A DNA stretch of 64,000 nt from an uncultured Gemmatimonadaceae bacterium. Lineage in GTDB: Bacteria; Gemmatimonadota; Gemmatimonadetes; Gemmatimonadales; Gemmatimonadaceae. The stretch spans positions 1,760,001 through 1,824,000 of the forward strand of contig OY970320.1 in assembly GCA_963716745.1 (NCBI GenBank), given 5' to 3'. Both the position numbers and the translations under genes were made by a program. Position 1 is the first letter of the stretch. Each line of letters opens with the position of its first letter. The notes under the pieces are model-generated. The model saw nothing but the letters and a program-made list of their open reading frames with translations. It searched no databases and was not told where the DNA came from. Shown piece after piece: positions 46,567-56,761 of this stretch.

Positions 46567-46801
46567 AGCAACGGCAACGGCAACGGCGAACGACGCTAAG
46601 CGGATTGGGCGGAATGGAGCGGATTAACCGGATCCGTTCCAGCAGGAGAGATCCATGATCCCCTGGGTTGCGGCAGAGACGTGAACTGTTGTTAACAACA
46701 GGAACACGCCGTGGCCGGGTCGCAGGGGATTTCCTTGCGCATGGAACGGATCCGATTCATCCGCTCCATCCGGCCGATCCGCTTAGCGTCGTTCGCCGTT
46801 A
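46567..46801. repeat. About 220-nt palindromic element with SCGGATNNN nonamer arms (element D)
   Basis: Arms 46582-46641 and 46742-46800. Inner ATCCCCTG/CAGGGGAT stem, a central perfect palindrome CTGTTGTTAACAACAG and a (CAACGG)3 flank. Confidence 0.92.
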
Positions 46802-48425
46802 TGGAGTTGCCGGTTCCTTGCCCGCAGCTGCCGTCGGCATCACGGACCGTAGGGTACGAAACACCGAGTTGTTCGAGGTATGTCTTGTACTTCTTCGGAT
46901 CGTAGTAGAACGCCTTCATCGCCGGCCGGTACTTCGCCATGATGCCGGCGTTGAGTTCGATCGCCGGCCGGTCCTCAGGGCGCATCAGGGGCTGATACTT
47001 CACATCCTTCGTCTGCACGTTCTTGAAGTAGCTCCACGCCGAGTCCACCAGCGCCGGCGTGAGCAGGATGTCGAGCATCGTCATCGCTTGCGCCTTCGCG
47101 CCAGCCGTCGATCCCTTATGCGCGATCGGCGTCGCCATCGCGATCGCATCCGCCCAATGATGCCCAGGCAGGTTCGGGATGTTCGCCGGATAGCGGAGCG
47201 TGATCGTCGGCACGTTCCACGATACGTCACCAATGTCATCGGATCCGCCGCCCATGTTGAGCGAATCCGGCGTCGGCGGCGTGAGCTTCGACACGGCGGT
47301 GTCGAGCCCTGTCTCCTTCTGCTTCAGTTCCTTCTGCACCGCTCTCGCGAGTTTCTGGTCGGCGTCGCTCCACTTCGGCATGCCCACCAACTTGATGTTC
47401 TCCGTCATCGCCTCGGCGATCGGGCGGTTCTCGTGCACGGGCCACGCCGAGCCGAGCACGCGCTCGCTCGTGAGCGTCGTGCCGGTCATGAGCGTCGCGC
47501 CGAGCGCCACGGAATCGCCGATGGCCCAGAGTCCTTTGATCTTCTCGTAGTCGAGCTCGCGGAAGTAATACCAGACGCTCGCTGTCGGCGGCACGACGTT
47601 CGGCTGGTCGCCGCCATTCGGGATCACGTAGTGCGAACGCGTCTGCAGCCGCAGATGTTCGCGGCGGAAATTCCAACCCACATCCATCAGTTCCACCGCG
47701 TCGAGGGCGCTGCGTCCGCGCCATGGCGCGCCGGCCGCGTGCGCTGCCTGGCCGCCGAACGTGTAGAGCACCGAGACGAGACCGCTGCCCTCTCCTTCGC
47801 CCCAGTTCGTGCCGAATGCGGCGTCCACATGCGAGAAGAGCACGACGTCCACGTCCTTGAACATCCCCGCGCGCACGAAATACGCCTTCGTGCCCAGCTG
47901 CTCCTCCGCGACGCCCGGCCACACCTTGATCGTGCCCGAGAGATGATCGCGCTCCATGATCTTCTTCACCGCGAGGATCGCGGTGAGATTCACCGCCTGC
48001 CCCGCGTTGTGCCCTTCGCCGTGCCCTGGCGCGCCGGGGATCAGCGCGACGTGGCACGCGACGCCGGGGCGCTGCGACGCCTGCGGGATGTCATCCAGGT
48101 CGGCGCCGAGCGCGATGACCGGTTTGCCCGATCCCCACGTCGCGAGCCAGGCCGTCGGGATCCCGGCGTAATTCTCCTCCACGGTGAATCCGTTCTGCCG
48201 CAGCATCGCGACGATGTATTTCGAAGTCTCGAACTCCTGGAATCCGAGTTCACCGAAGCTGAAGATCTGGTCCACCATCTGCTGGGTGAACACGGCGCGA
48301 CTGTCAATGTCGGCTGCGACCTCGCGTTTGAGCTGCGCGAGATTCTTGGCGGCGGGCGGCGCCTGCTGCGCACCGGCCGTGAGCGTGAGCGACAGTACGG
48401 CGAGAGCGGCGATGCGAATGCGCAT
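46692..48425 (-). CDS. M20-family amidohydrolase (AbgB-like), secreted
   Basis: FGELGFQEFETS, GHGEGHN, AEE, AHAAGAPWRGRSALDA, GGDQPNVVP and GGSDD. The true stop may be TAA at 46799-46801. Confidence 0.9.
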   Translation of the reverse strand: MRIRIAALAVLSLTLTAGAQQAPPAAKNLAQLKREVAADIDSRAVFTQQMVDQIFSFGELGFQEFETSKYIVAMLRQNGFTVEENYAGIPTAWLATWGSGKPVIALGADLDDIPQASQRPGVACHVALIPGAPGHGEGHNAGQAVNLTAILAVKKIMERDHLSGTIKVWPGVAEEQLGTKAYFVRAGMFKDVDVVLFSHVDAAFGTNWGEGEGSGLVSVLYTFGGQAAHAAGAPWRGRSALDAVELMDVGWNFRREHLRLQTRSHYVIPNGGDQPNVVPPTASVWYYFRELDYEKIKGLWAIGDSVALGATLMTGTTLTSERVLGSAWPVHENRPIAEAMTENIKLVGMPKWSDADQKLARAVQKELKQKETGLDTAVSKLTPPTPDSLNMGGGSDDIGDVSWNVPTITLRYPANIPNLPGHHWADAIAMATPIAHKGSTAGAKAQAMTMLDILLTPALVDSAWSYFKNVQTKDVKYQPLMRPEDRPAIELNAGIMAKYRPAMKAFYYDPKKYKTYLEQLGVSYPTVRDADGSCGQGTGNSITANDAKRIGRMERMNRIRSMRKEIPCDPATACSCC

Positions 48426-48552
48426 GACGATCCTCGAAAAGGAGGGAACGTTCGACGGCCAAGATTGGCCGCGCGGCGCTCGCGCGGCAAGACGCGCGCT
48501 TTGACTCGCGCTGCGTCCTTGGCGAAGTTTCCTCCATGACACTGATCCGCGC

Positions 48553-49497
48553 GTGAGCGCCGCGCACCAGGAATCGCCCGCCGTCCCGCCGTCGCGCGCA
48601 CTCGTCATCGCCGCTTTCGCCGCGGTGTACGTCATCTGGGGCTCCACCTATCTCGCGATCCGCATCACGCTCGAGACAATGCCGCCCTTCCTCATGGCCG
48701 GCACCCGCTTTCTCACGTCGGGCGCGATCCTCTACCTGTTTGCGCGCGGCCGCGGCGCGGCGCGCCCGTCGCCGCTCCATTGGCGCGCCGCGACGATCAT
48801 CGGGTTCCTGCTGCTCGTGTGCGGCAACGGCGCGGTGGTCTGGTCGGAGCAGCGCGTGCCCAGCGGCATCACGTCGCTGCTCGTCACCACCGTGCCGCTC
48901 TGGATGGTGCTGCTCGACTGGCTGCGCCGTGATGGCAAACGCCCGTCGGCCGGCGTGGCGGCGGGGATCGTGCTCGGCCTCGCGGGCGTTGCATTCCTCG
49001 TGGGGCCGGGCGAGATCGCGGGCGGCGGCGGCGTGGACCTCATCGGCGCCGCGGTGCTGTTCTTCTTCGGTTCCGTCGCTTGGGCCATCGGTTCGATCTA
49101 TTCGAAGCACGCGCCGCTGCCATCGTCGCCTTTCCTGGCGATCGGCATGGAAATGCTCGCCGGCGGCGCGCTGCTCACGTTGCTGGGCATTTTCCTGGGC
49201 GAGCCCGCGCGCGTTCACGTTGGCGCGATCTCGGCGGCGTCGTTCGCGGCCTGGGTTTATCTCACGCTGTTCGGCGCGCTCATCGGATTCACCGCATATC
49301 TCTGGCTGATGCGCGTGTCCACGCCGGCCAAGGTGTCGACCTACGCCTTCGTGAATCCCGTTGTCGCCGTGTTCCTCGGATGGGCCGTGCTGGGCGAAGC
49401 GGTGACCCCGCGCACGATCATCGCCGCGGTGATGATCGTGAGTGCGGTGGCGCTGATCACCCTCGCGTCTCCGGCACGGGCTCCGTCGACGCAGTAG
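48553..49497 (+). CDS. EamA/DMT transporter (YedA-like)
   Basis: YVIWGSTYLAI, PPFLMAGTRF and TYAFVNPVVAVFLG. About 10 TM. Confidence 0.92.
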   Translation: MSAAHQESPAVPPSRALVIAAFAAVYVIWGSTYLAIRITLETMPPFLMAGTRFLTSGAILYLFARGRGAARPSPLHWRAATIIGFLLLVCGNGAVVWSEQRVPSGITSLLVTTVPLWMVLLDWLRRDGKRPSAGVAAGIVLGLAGVAFLVGPGEIAGGGGVDLIGAAVLFFFGSVAWAIGSIYSKHAPLPSSPFLAIGMEMLAGGALLTLLGIFLGEPARVHVGAISAASFAAWVYLTLFGALIGFTAYLWLMRVSTPAKVSTYAFVNPVVAVFLGWAVLGEAVTPRTIIAAVMIVSAVALITLASPARAPSTQ

Positions 49498-52400
49498 CCG
49501 ATGGCCGTTTGTTCATGAGCGCGAGCAACCCCTCCTTCCACTCGTTCAGGATCTCGTAGACCGTCGGGATCACGATCAGTGTGAGCAGCGTGCTCGTGAT
49601 CACGCCGCCGATCACGGCGCGCCCCAGCGGCGCGCGGAAATCGGCGCCCTCTCCCGCGCCGATCGCAACCGGGATCATGCCGGCGATCAGCGCGACCGTG
49701 GTCATGATGATCGGCCGCAACCGGATCCGGCCGGCCTCGATGAGCGCGTCGCGCAGCGGCAGCCCGCCCTCGCGCGCCCATTTGGCGAAGTCGATCAGCA
49801 GGATCGCGTTCTTCGCCACGATGCCCATGAGGAGGATCACGCCGATGAGGCTCATGATGTTCAGCGTGCTGCCCGTCACGATCAGCGCGAGCACGACGCC
49901 GATGAGCGAGAGCGGCAGCGAGATGAGGATCGCGAGCGGATCGAGGAACGATCCGAACTGCATCACGAGGATCAGATACATGAGCAGCACGGCGATCCCG
50001 AGCGCGGTGAAGATGCGCGTGAACACCTCCGCCTGGTCGCGCGCTTCGCCGCCCTGCGTGATCCGGTAGCCGGTGGGAAGCGGCATCTTCGCGAGCTTTG
50101 CGTTGATGGCGCTCGTGACCTCGTTGAGCGAACGCCCCTGTACATTGGCCTGCACGTTCACCACCGGGTCGCGATTGAGGTGGTTGATCTGCGCCGGACC
50201 GGTGCTCCTTTGCACGTCCGCGATCTGGCCGAGCGGCACCGTCACGACGCGGCCGTCCGATCCCTGCAGCGTGAGCGGAAGGCGCTCGAGGTCGGCGGTA
50301 TTGGCGCGCGACTCGGGCGCGAGCCGCACGGTCACATCGCGCAGTTCTCCGTCGGGGTCGGTCCAGTCGCCCGCCTTCACGCCGGCGAACGCCGGGCGCA
50401 GTGAGGCCACCACCTGCGATGTGGTGATTCCGAGCGAACCGGCGAGGCCGCGATTCAGTTGCACATCGAGCTCCGGCTTCTCGCCGCGCACCGAGAGGTC
50501 CACGTCCACCGCGCCGGGCACGGTGCGCACGACATCGGCCGCCTTCTGCGCGAGCCGCGTGAGGACCACCGGATCGGGGCCGCGCATCTCGATCTGGATC
50601 TGCTTGAGTGCGCCGCCGAATCCGCTGGTGAACACCGACGTGGCCGCGCCGCCGACCCGGGCAAGGTCGGTGCGCAGGCGCTGGCCGATCGCGTCCTGCT
50701 TCTGGCTGCGCTTCGCCTTGGGCATGAGCCGCACGTAGATGAGCGCCTGGTCTACGCCGGGTGCGCGGAACGGGATGGCGCCGCCGATCGACGTGTACGT
50801 GTACTCGACCTCGGGATACGAGCGCGCGATGCGCGCGACCTCCTCGGTCTTCACCCGCGTGTAGTCAAGATTCGATCCGGGAGGCGTGAGCACCATCACG
50901 TTGATCTCGCTGCGGTCGCTCTCCGGCACGAACCCGGCGCCGCCGAACGTCGCCTGGAGCACGATCGCGCCGACGAACGACGCCACCGCGATCACGACCA
51001 TCGCGAGCCGGTGGTCGAGCGCCCAAGCCATCACGCCCTTGTAGTTGTCGGCCTGCCGGTCGAACCACACGTTGAACCGGTCGAGCGCGCGCGCGATCGC
51101 GTTGCGCCGCTCGTGCGCCTCGATCTGCGGATCGGGCCAGTACGCCGAGAGCATCGGATCGAGCGAGAACGACACGAACAGCGACACGAGCACGGCGCAG
51201 GCGATCGTGAGCGCGAACGGCTTGAACCACTGGCCGGCCACGCCGTACATGAAGGCGACCGGCACGAACACCGCGACGATCGAGAACGTCGTCGCGGCGA
51301 CCGCGAGTCCGATCTCGTCGGTGCCCTCGTGCGACGCCTTGAAGTGATCCTTCCCCATTTCGATGTGCCGCACGATGTTCTCGCGCACCACGATCGCGTC
51401 GTCGATCAGGATGCCGATCGCGAGCGACAGTCCGAGCAGCGACATCGTGTTGAGCGTGAAGCCGAACGCCCACACCGCGATGAAGCTCGCGAGCGCGCTC
51501 ACCGGGAGCGCGAGACCGGTGATCACGGTGGAGCGCCACGAGTTCAGGAACAGGAACACCACGAGCACGGTGAGCAGCGCGCCCTCGATGAGCGCCTCTT
51601 CCACGTTGCGCACCGCGGCGGCGACGCGCTGGCCCGCGTCCTGCACGATCGCGAAGTGCACGCCGGCGGGCAGCGTCTTCTGGATCTCATCCACCTTTTC
51701 GCGAATGAGTTTGCTCACCTGCGTGGTGCTGAAACCCTTGGACTTCACGATCTCGATCCCCACCGCCTCGCTGCCGTTGAACAGCGCGGAGGTGCGCGCT
51801 TCCTCGGTGCCGTCGTACACGTTCGCTACCTGGCGCAGCCGGATGATCTGTCCGTTGCGGTCGGCGACGACGATGTTGCCGAACTCTTCGGCGTTCGCGA
51901 GACGGCCGCTGAGCCGGATCAGGCGCTCGTTCAGCGGGCCGTTGATCCAGCCGACGGGCGCCGCGATGTTCTGCTGTTGCACGCGCGCGAGCACCGTCGC
52001 GACGCTCAGGCCGGCGGCCTGCAGGTCCGCCGGCCGCACCTCGACCACCATGTTGCGCTTCACGCCGCCCACCACGCTGACGCGCGCCACGCCGGGGATC
52101 GAGCGGATCACGCCGGTGATCGCGGGATCGGCGATCCGCGTGAGCACCTCCGGCGCCGTCGTGGGCGACGTGAGCGTGAGCGTCATCGCCGGCTGCTCCG
52201 ACGGATCGAAGCGCGTGAGCACCGGCTCCTTCATCTCGGGCGGCAGGTCGGCGCGCTTCACCGAGATCGCGTCGCGGATGTCCTGCGACGCCTGCTGGAT
52301 CGGCTTCTCGAAATCGAAGAAGATCGTGCACTGCGCGAGGCCGTCGATCGCGAAGCACGTGGACTTCTCCGCATCGAGCCCGCTGATGCCGAACACCGCC

Positions 52401-52606
52401 TCTTCCACCGGCCGCACGATGTCGCGCTCGACCTCGTCGGGCGAGGCGCCCGGATACGGGATCGTCACGCCGATGATCGGCTGCTGCACGTCGGGGAATT
52501 CGTCCGTCTGCAGATTGATCAGCGCGGCGATGCCGAACGCCACGAGCGCGAGCATCGTGGTGATGGTGACGATCGGCCGCTTGATCGCGAAGTCGGAGAT
52601 GAACAT
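49457..52606 (-). CDS. RND efflux permease (AcrB/MdtC-like)
   Basis: [32 protein letters not shown] and RLRPIIMT. Confidence 0.97.
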   Translation of the reverse strand: MFISDFAIKRPIVTITTMLALVAFGIAALINLQTDEFPDVQQPIIGVTIPYPGASPDEVERDIVRPVEEAVFGISGLDAEKSTCFAIDGLAQCTIFFDFEKPIQQASQDIRDAISVKRADLPPEMKEPVLTRFDPSEQPAMTLTLTSPTTAPEVLTRIADPAITGVIRSIPGVARVSVVGGVKRNMVVEVRPADLQAAGLSVATVLARVQQQNIAAPVGWINGPLNERLIRLSGRLANAEEFGNIVVADRNGQIIRLRQVANVYDGTEEARTSALFNGSEAVGIEIVKSKGFSTTQVSKLIREKVDEIQKTLPAGVHFAIVQDAGQRVAAAVRNVEEALIEGALLTVLVVFLFLNSWRSTVITGLALPVSALASFIAVWAFGFTLNTMSLLGLSLAIGILIDDAIVVRENIVRHIEMGKDHFKASHEGTDEIGLAVAATTFSIVAVFVPVAFMYGVAGQWFKPFALTIACAVLVSLFVSFSLDPMLSAYWPDPQIEAHERRNAIARALDRFNVWFDRQADNYKGVMAWALDHRLAMVVIAVASFVGAIVLQATFGGAGFVPESDRSEINVMVLTPPGSNLDYTRVKTEEVARIARSYPEVEYTYTSIGGAIPFRAPGVDQALIYVRLMPKAKRSQKQDAIGQRLRTDLARVGGAATSVFTSGFGGALKQIQIEMRGPDPVVLTRLAQKAADVVRTVPGAVDVDLSVRGEKPELDVQLNRGLAGSLGITTSQVVASLRPAFAGVKAGDWTDPDGELRDVTVRLAPESRANTADLERLPLTLQGSDGRVVTVPLGQIADVQRSTGPAQINHLNRDPVVNVQANVQGRSLNEVTSAINAKLAKMPLPTGYRITQGGEARDQAEVFTRIFTALGIAVLLMYLILVMQFGSFLDPLAILISLPLSLIGVVLALIVTGSTLNIMSLIGVILLMGIVAKNAILLIDFAKWAREGGLPLRDALIEAGRIRLRPIIMTTVALIAGMIPVAIGAGEGADFRAPLGRAVIGGVITSTLLTLIVIPTVYEILNEWKEGLLALMNKRPSATASTEPVPETRG

Positions 52607-52644
52607 GGTCGCCTGCTCTTAGAGAGTGCTGAACTCGCGCGGTG

Positions 52645-53790
52645 CTACGGACGCGGCGCCGCGGACGTGTCGGACGGCGGCGCGGTGACCTTGATGCGCG
52701 TTCCCTCGGTGAGGCCCTGCGCCGCGCCGACGAGGATCGTATCGCCGGCAGCCAGTCCGCTCGTGACCTCAACCATGTCCGTGTCCGGATCGCGCGAAGC
52801 GAGCTTCACGGCCACGCGCTCCGCCTTTCCGCCCTTCAGCCGCAGCACGGTCGGCGCGATCCCACGTTCGTCCACCGCGCTCACGGGCACCGCGATGCCG
52901 ATCGCCGACGTGGTCGCCACGCGTCCCTGCGCGAACAGCCCGCCCACGAGCGCGCCCTTCGCGTTGGGCACCGACACCCACACGCGCACTTGGCGCGTCT
53001 GCGGATCGGCGGCGGGACTCACGCGCTCCACTTGCCCGGTGAACGTGCGCCCCGGATAACCCTTCACCGTGAACCGCACCGGCGCGCCGACGCGCAGCAG
53101 CGCGACCTCCTCGGCCGGCACGGATCCCTCGAACCGCATGCTCGCCGGATCGATCACTGTCGCGATGGCCGAACCCGGCTGGAGCACGTCGCCGGCGTTC
53201 ACCGGCATCTCGCTCACGATGCCGGCGAACGGCGCAATGATCCGCGTGCGATCGAGTTGCTGCTGCGCCGACGCCATGCGCGACTGCGCGTCGGCATAGA
53301 GCGCCTGCGACGACGCGAGCGTGCGCTTCGCCTGTTCGAGGTCGCGATCCGCCACGGCACCGGCGGCCTGCAGTTTCGCGCTGCGGTCGGCATCCCGCTG
53401 GGCGTCGTCGAGCGAGATCTGCGCGACCCGCTCGGCGGAACGCGCCGAGAGGTACGATTCGCGGATCGCGCTGTCATCGATGCGCACGATGAGCTGGCCG
53501 CGCTTCACGGGCTGTCCCGGCAGCACGAGCGTCTCGACGATCCGGCCGCTCACTTCGGCGCGCAGGCGTGCCTCGCGCAGCGCCGTGAGCGAGCCCGACA
53601 CGGCCGGCCCGCTCTCGAGCGGCCCGCGCACGACGACCACGATGTTCTCTGGTCCCACATCCATCGCGATCGCCGCCGCGGCATCGGCCGGCCGCGCCGC
53701 CGCGAGTTTCTTCTTGTAGATCACGCCCGCCCCGACCGTGATGAGAGCGACGGCCAGCCCGAGCAGCGCCCAGTTCCTGAGCTTGTTCAT
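52645..53790 (-). CDS. RND periplasmic adaptor (membrane fusion protein)
   Basis: AEVSGRI...GQPVKRGQ, APFAGIV and ADPQTR. Confidence 0.93.
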   Translation of the reverse strand: MNKLRNWALLGLAVALITVGAGVIYKKKLAAARPADAAAAIAMDVGPENIVVVVRGPLESGPAVSGSLTALREARLRAEVSGRIVETLVLPGQPVKRGQLIVRIDDSAIRESYLSARSAERVAQISLDDAQRDADRSAKLQAAGAVADRDLEQAKRTLASSQALYADAQSRMASAQQQLDRTRIIAPFAGIVSEMPVNAGDVLQPGSAIATVIDPASMRFEGSVPAEEVALLRVGAPVRFTVKGYPGRTFTGQVERVSPAADPQTRQVRVWVSVPNAKGALVGGLFAQGRVATTSAIGIAVPVSAVDERGIAPTVLRLKGGKAERVAVKLASRDPDTDMVEVTSGLAAGDTILVGAAQGLTEGTRIKVTAPPSDTSAAPRP

Positions 53791-55366
53791 GGAGTCACTC
53801 CAAGGTTGTTCGCCGGCGCTGGGACGATCGCCGGTTGTAGTTGCGGGATGCCGGTCGCAGTGGCCTGCTGCGCGTTCACGATCACGCCGCCGCTCGGTGT
53901 GGAAGCGGGCAGATCTCGATGAGCGCGAGCCGCACCCGCGCGACCTGGAGGTCGCGCGCCGCGATCGCGCGGTTCGCCCGCGCCTGCTCGAGCGCGAGCC
54001 GCTGGTCGAGCAATTCCGTTTGCGTCGACACGCCTTCCTTGTATCTCACTTCCGCGATCGCGTACGCGCGCGCGGCGAGATCGGCGGTGCCGACGCTCGC
54101 CGTCCACGTCGCCTGCGCGGCCATGAGCCGGTACACCGCGTCGCGCGCATCGAGCTGCGCCGTTTGCCGCACGATGCGCATTTGCGCCATCGCGTCGCGC
54201 CAGTTCGCTTGCGCGATCACGACGTCACCGTGGATGTTGCCGCCGGTGTAGAGCGGGAACGCGAGCGCGCCCGTGATCGACCAGTTGGTGCGGAAATCGT
54301 TCACCGGCGGCGGCGCGTAGCTGGACGGATAACCGACCTTCCCCCATGCCGAGGTGAGCGTGAATTGCGGATACCACTGCGACTTCGCCACGGTGATCCC
54401 CTCGTGCTGCGCGAACACGTTCTCGCCCGCCTGCCGCACCGGCGCGCGCGCGTCGGTGCTCGTGTCTGATGGGTGCGCAATGATCTCCGCCAGCCGCGCC
54501 GACGCCGCCGCGCTCGTGTCGCCGAGTTCGGTCGTGAGATCGAGCGGCTGTTCGGGCGGCAGCCGCAGCAACTGCGCCAGCCGCGTGTGGGCGATCGCCT
54601 GGTCGGCGAGCCGTTGGATCACGATCGGCCGCTGATTGTCGCGCGTGACCTCCGCGCGCAGCACGTCGAACTCCGGGCGCGCGCCCACTTGCCGGCCGAG
54701 CTGCGCCTGCACGAGCGTCGTTTCCGCCTGCGACAACGAGGCGCGCGCGATGTCGACCAGCCGGTCGCTCAGCGCGGCATCGTAGTACGTCTGGGTCACC
54801 GTGAGGATCAACTGTGCCTGCGCTTCCGTGAGCGTCAGTCCAGCGGACCGTACTCCCGCCGCGGCCGCGTTGGTGGACGCGTTCAGCTTGCCGCCCGTGT
54901 AGATGTTCTGCGAAAGGTTCACGCCGAATGCGTACCGGTTCGGCTGGCCGAAGGGCAGGTTCGCGAACGGGCTGCTCGGCTGGCATCCGAACCCGTTCTC
55001 GAGCTGCGTCACGCGCTGGCCGATCGGCAGCGTGCTGTCGATCGGGAAGTTGCTGCAGGGCGGCGGTCCGCTCGTGGTGCCGGTGAGATTCGAGTACTCG
55101 CTCGCGAGCGTGCGCGTGTAGCTGATCGACCCCGTGATCTGGGGAAGGTACTGGCTGCGCGCTTTCTCCTGCTGCCCCTCGGCGCGCACGATCGCCTGTC
55201 GCGCGATGCGCACGACGTCGCTCACCGTATCGGCGATGCTGAAGGCCGCATCGAGCGAGAGCGGACGCGCCGGTGGCGCGGCGCTCTGCGAGGCGGCGGA
55301 GGCCGCGCGCATGGCGCAAAGAGCGAGCGCCGCGCACGCGGCGCGTGTGATCGTGGTGCGTGTCAT
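53787..55366 (-). CDS. TolC-family outer-membrane factor (apparent frameshift near 53915)
   Basis: Signal peptide, YLPQIT, YTGG twice and RYKEGVSTQTE. An alternative frame RDLP...NNLGVTP* ends overlapping the adaptor ATG. Confidence 0.88.
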
Positions 55367-55454
55367 CGCATGCATGGTGCGGGTTGGTGAAGAAACCAAG
55401 GGCCGCGGCTCCCTACGAAGAGCGGCGGCCCCGGGGTTCTACGATCGCGCGCGC

Positions 55455-55676
55455 TTAGTTCGGCTTCTTGAGGTCGTTGAAGAAGCCCCAGGTGAATCCA
55501 ATGACCGGAATGGTGAAGAAGAACCACCACGACATCGCCCCATAGAACGGCATGCCGGGGAATCCCTCATGGTACGAGAGCTTCGTCCCGTGATACGTGA
55601 CGAACATGAAGGCGAACAACGCCGCCGATCCGAGCCAGCCGAGCGCGACCAGCGCGCCCTGGATCTTCCGATTCAT
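55455..55676 (-). CDS. Small two-TM hypothetical protein
   Basis: 73 aa with an ATG start, two hydrophobic aromatic-rich helices and GC3-rich codons. Confidence 0.7.
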   Translation of the reverse strand: MNRKIQGALVALGWLGSAALFAFMFVTYHGTKLSYHEGFPGMPFYGAMSWWFFFTIPVIGFTWGFFNDLKKPN

Positions 55677-55854
55677 CGCCAGGCCTCGTGCACGTGATGG
55701 GGTCCCACTGCGGTCCACTGACGCGAAAAAGATAACGCCGGAGGTGGGCGCCGGGCTAGCCGGAACGCCCCCGGATGTTGCGGACGCCCCCCGCCGCGAG
55801 CGATCATCTACCCGCCAGCGTCGCCCGTTCGCCCCCGACCGTGGAGGCCCGCAC

Positions 55855-56670
55855 ATGAAGGTACGGATTGCCGTGGTCGCGCTCGTGCTCGCCGTCGTTT
55901 GCGCCGCGACCCTGTCGGCGCACGACATGTTCATCAAGCTCGACACGTACTTCATGGCGCCGGGCGACACGCTTCGAGTCCCGATCCTGAACGGGACGTT
56001 CACCCAGAGCTCGAACGGCATTGCGTTCGACCGCGTGAGCCAGGTGCTACTGCTCGCGCCTGACGGTTTCACCTCTCCCAAGCCGCTGGATTGGAGCGTC
56101 GCGTACGGCGATTCCACGACGCAATTCGGCGTCGTGCTGCACAACCCCGGCACGTACGCACTGGGCGTGTCCACGAAACCGCGCGAGCTCGCACAGACGG
56201 CCAATGCGTTCAACAAGTACCTCAAGGAAGAAGGGATCAGCGACATCCTCGCGCTCCGGAAGAAGAACGGCCAGATGAAGTGGCCGGCCCGCGAGCGCTA
56301 CTCGAAGAACGTGAAGGCGGTGTTCCAGGTGGGCGAGGACCGCACGCCGCAGGTGAACATGCCCTTCGGTTCCTCCGCGGAAGTCGTGCCGCTCGACAAT
56401 CCTTATGCGGGGTCGCGCACGGGCGTCATCCGCATGCTCTGTTTGGTGGGCAGCAAGGCGGTGGCGGGGATGACCGTGCTGGTAGGCAGCCAGCTTGCGA
56501 ATGAGCGGCCGCACGAGATCTCGATGGTGACCGACGCGAATGGTGTCATCGCCGTGCGCATCACGCGGAAGGGGCGATGGTACGTGAAGTTCGTGCACAT
56601 GGTGCGCCTCACCGGCGGCGAGATCGACTACGAGTCGCGGTGGGCGTCGCTCACCTTCCAGGTGCGCTGA
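55855..56670 (+). CDS. DUF4198-like secreted protein (putative metal-binding)
   Basis: GGAGG SD, signal peptide ending in A-HD (N-terminal His), ERYSK..K, EVVPLDNPY, TDANG..G.W and SLTF. Confidence 0.8.
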   Translation: MKVRIAVVALVLAVVCAATLSAHDMFIKLDTYFMAPGDTLRVPILNGTFTQSSNGIAFDRVSQVLLLAPDGFTSPKPLDWSVAYGDSTTQFGVVLHNPGTYALGVSTKPRELAQTANAFNKYLKEEGISDILALRKKNGQMKWPARERYSKNVKAVFQVGEDRTPQVNMPFGSSAEVVPLDNPYAGSRTGVIRMLCLVGSKAVAGMTVLVGSQLANERPHEISMVTDANGVIAVRITRKGRWYVKFVHMVRLTGGEIDYESRWASLTFQVR

Positions 56671-56761
56671 GGGCCTTCTCGTTTCCTTCAGTCTCCCCGC
56701 GCCGTCATAGCAGCGTGGGCCGCGAAGTGGCGCGCGCCCGGCCCTTCTCCGACCAACCCCG

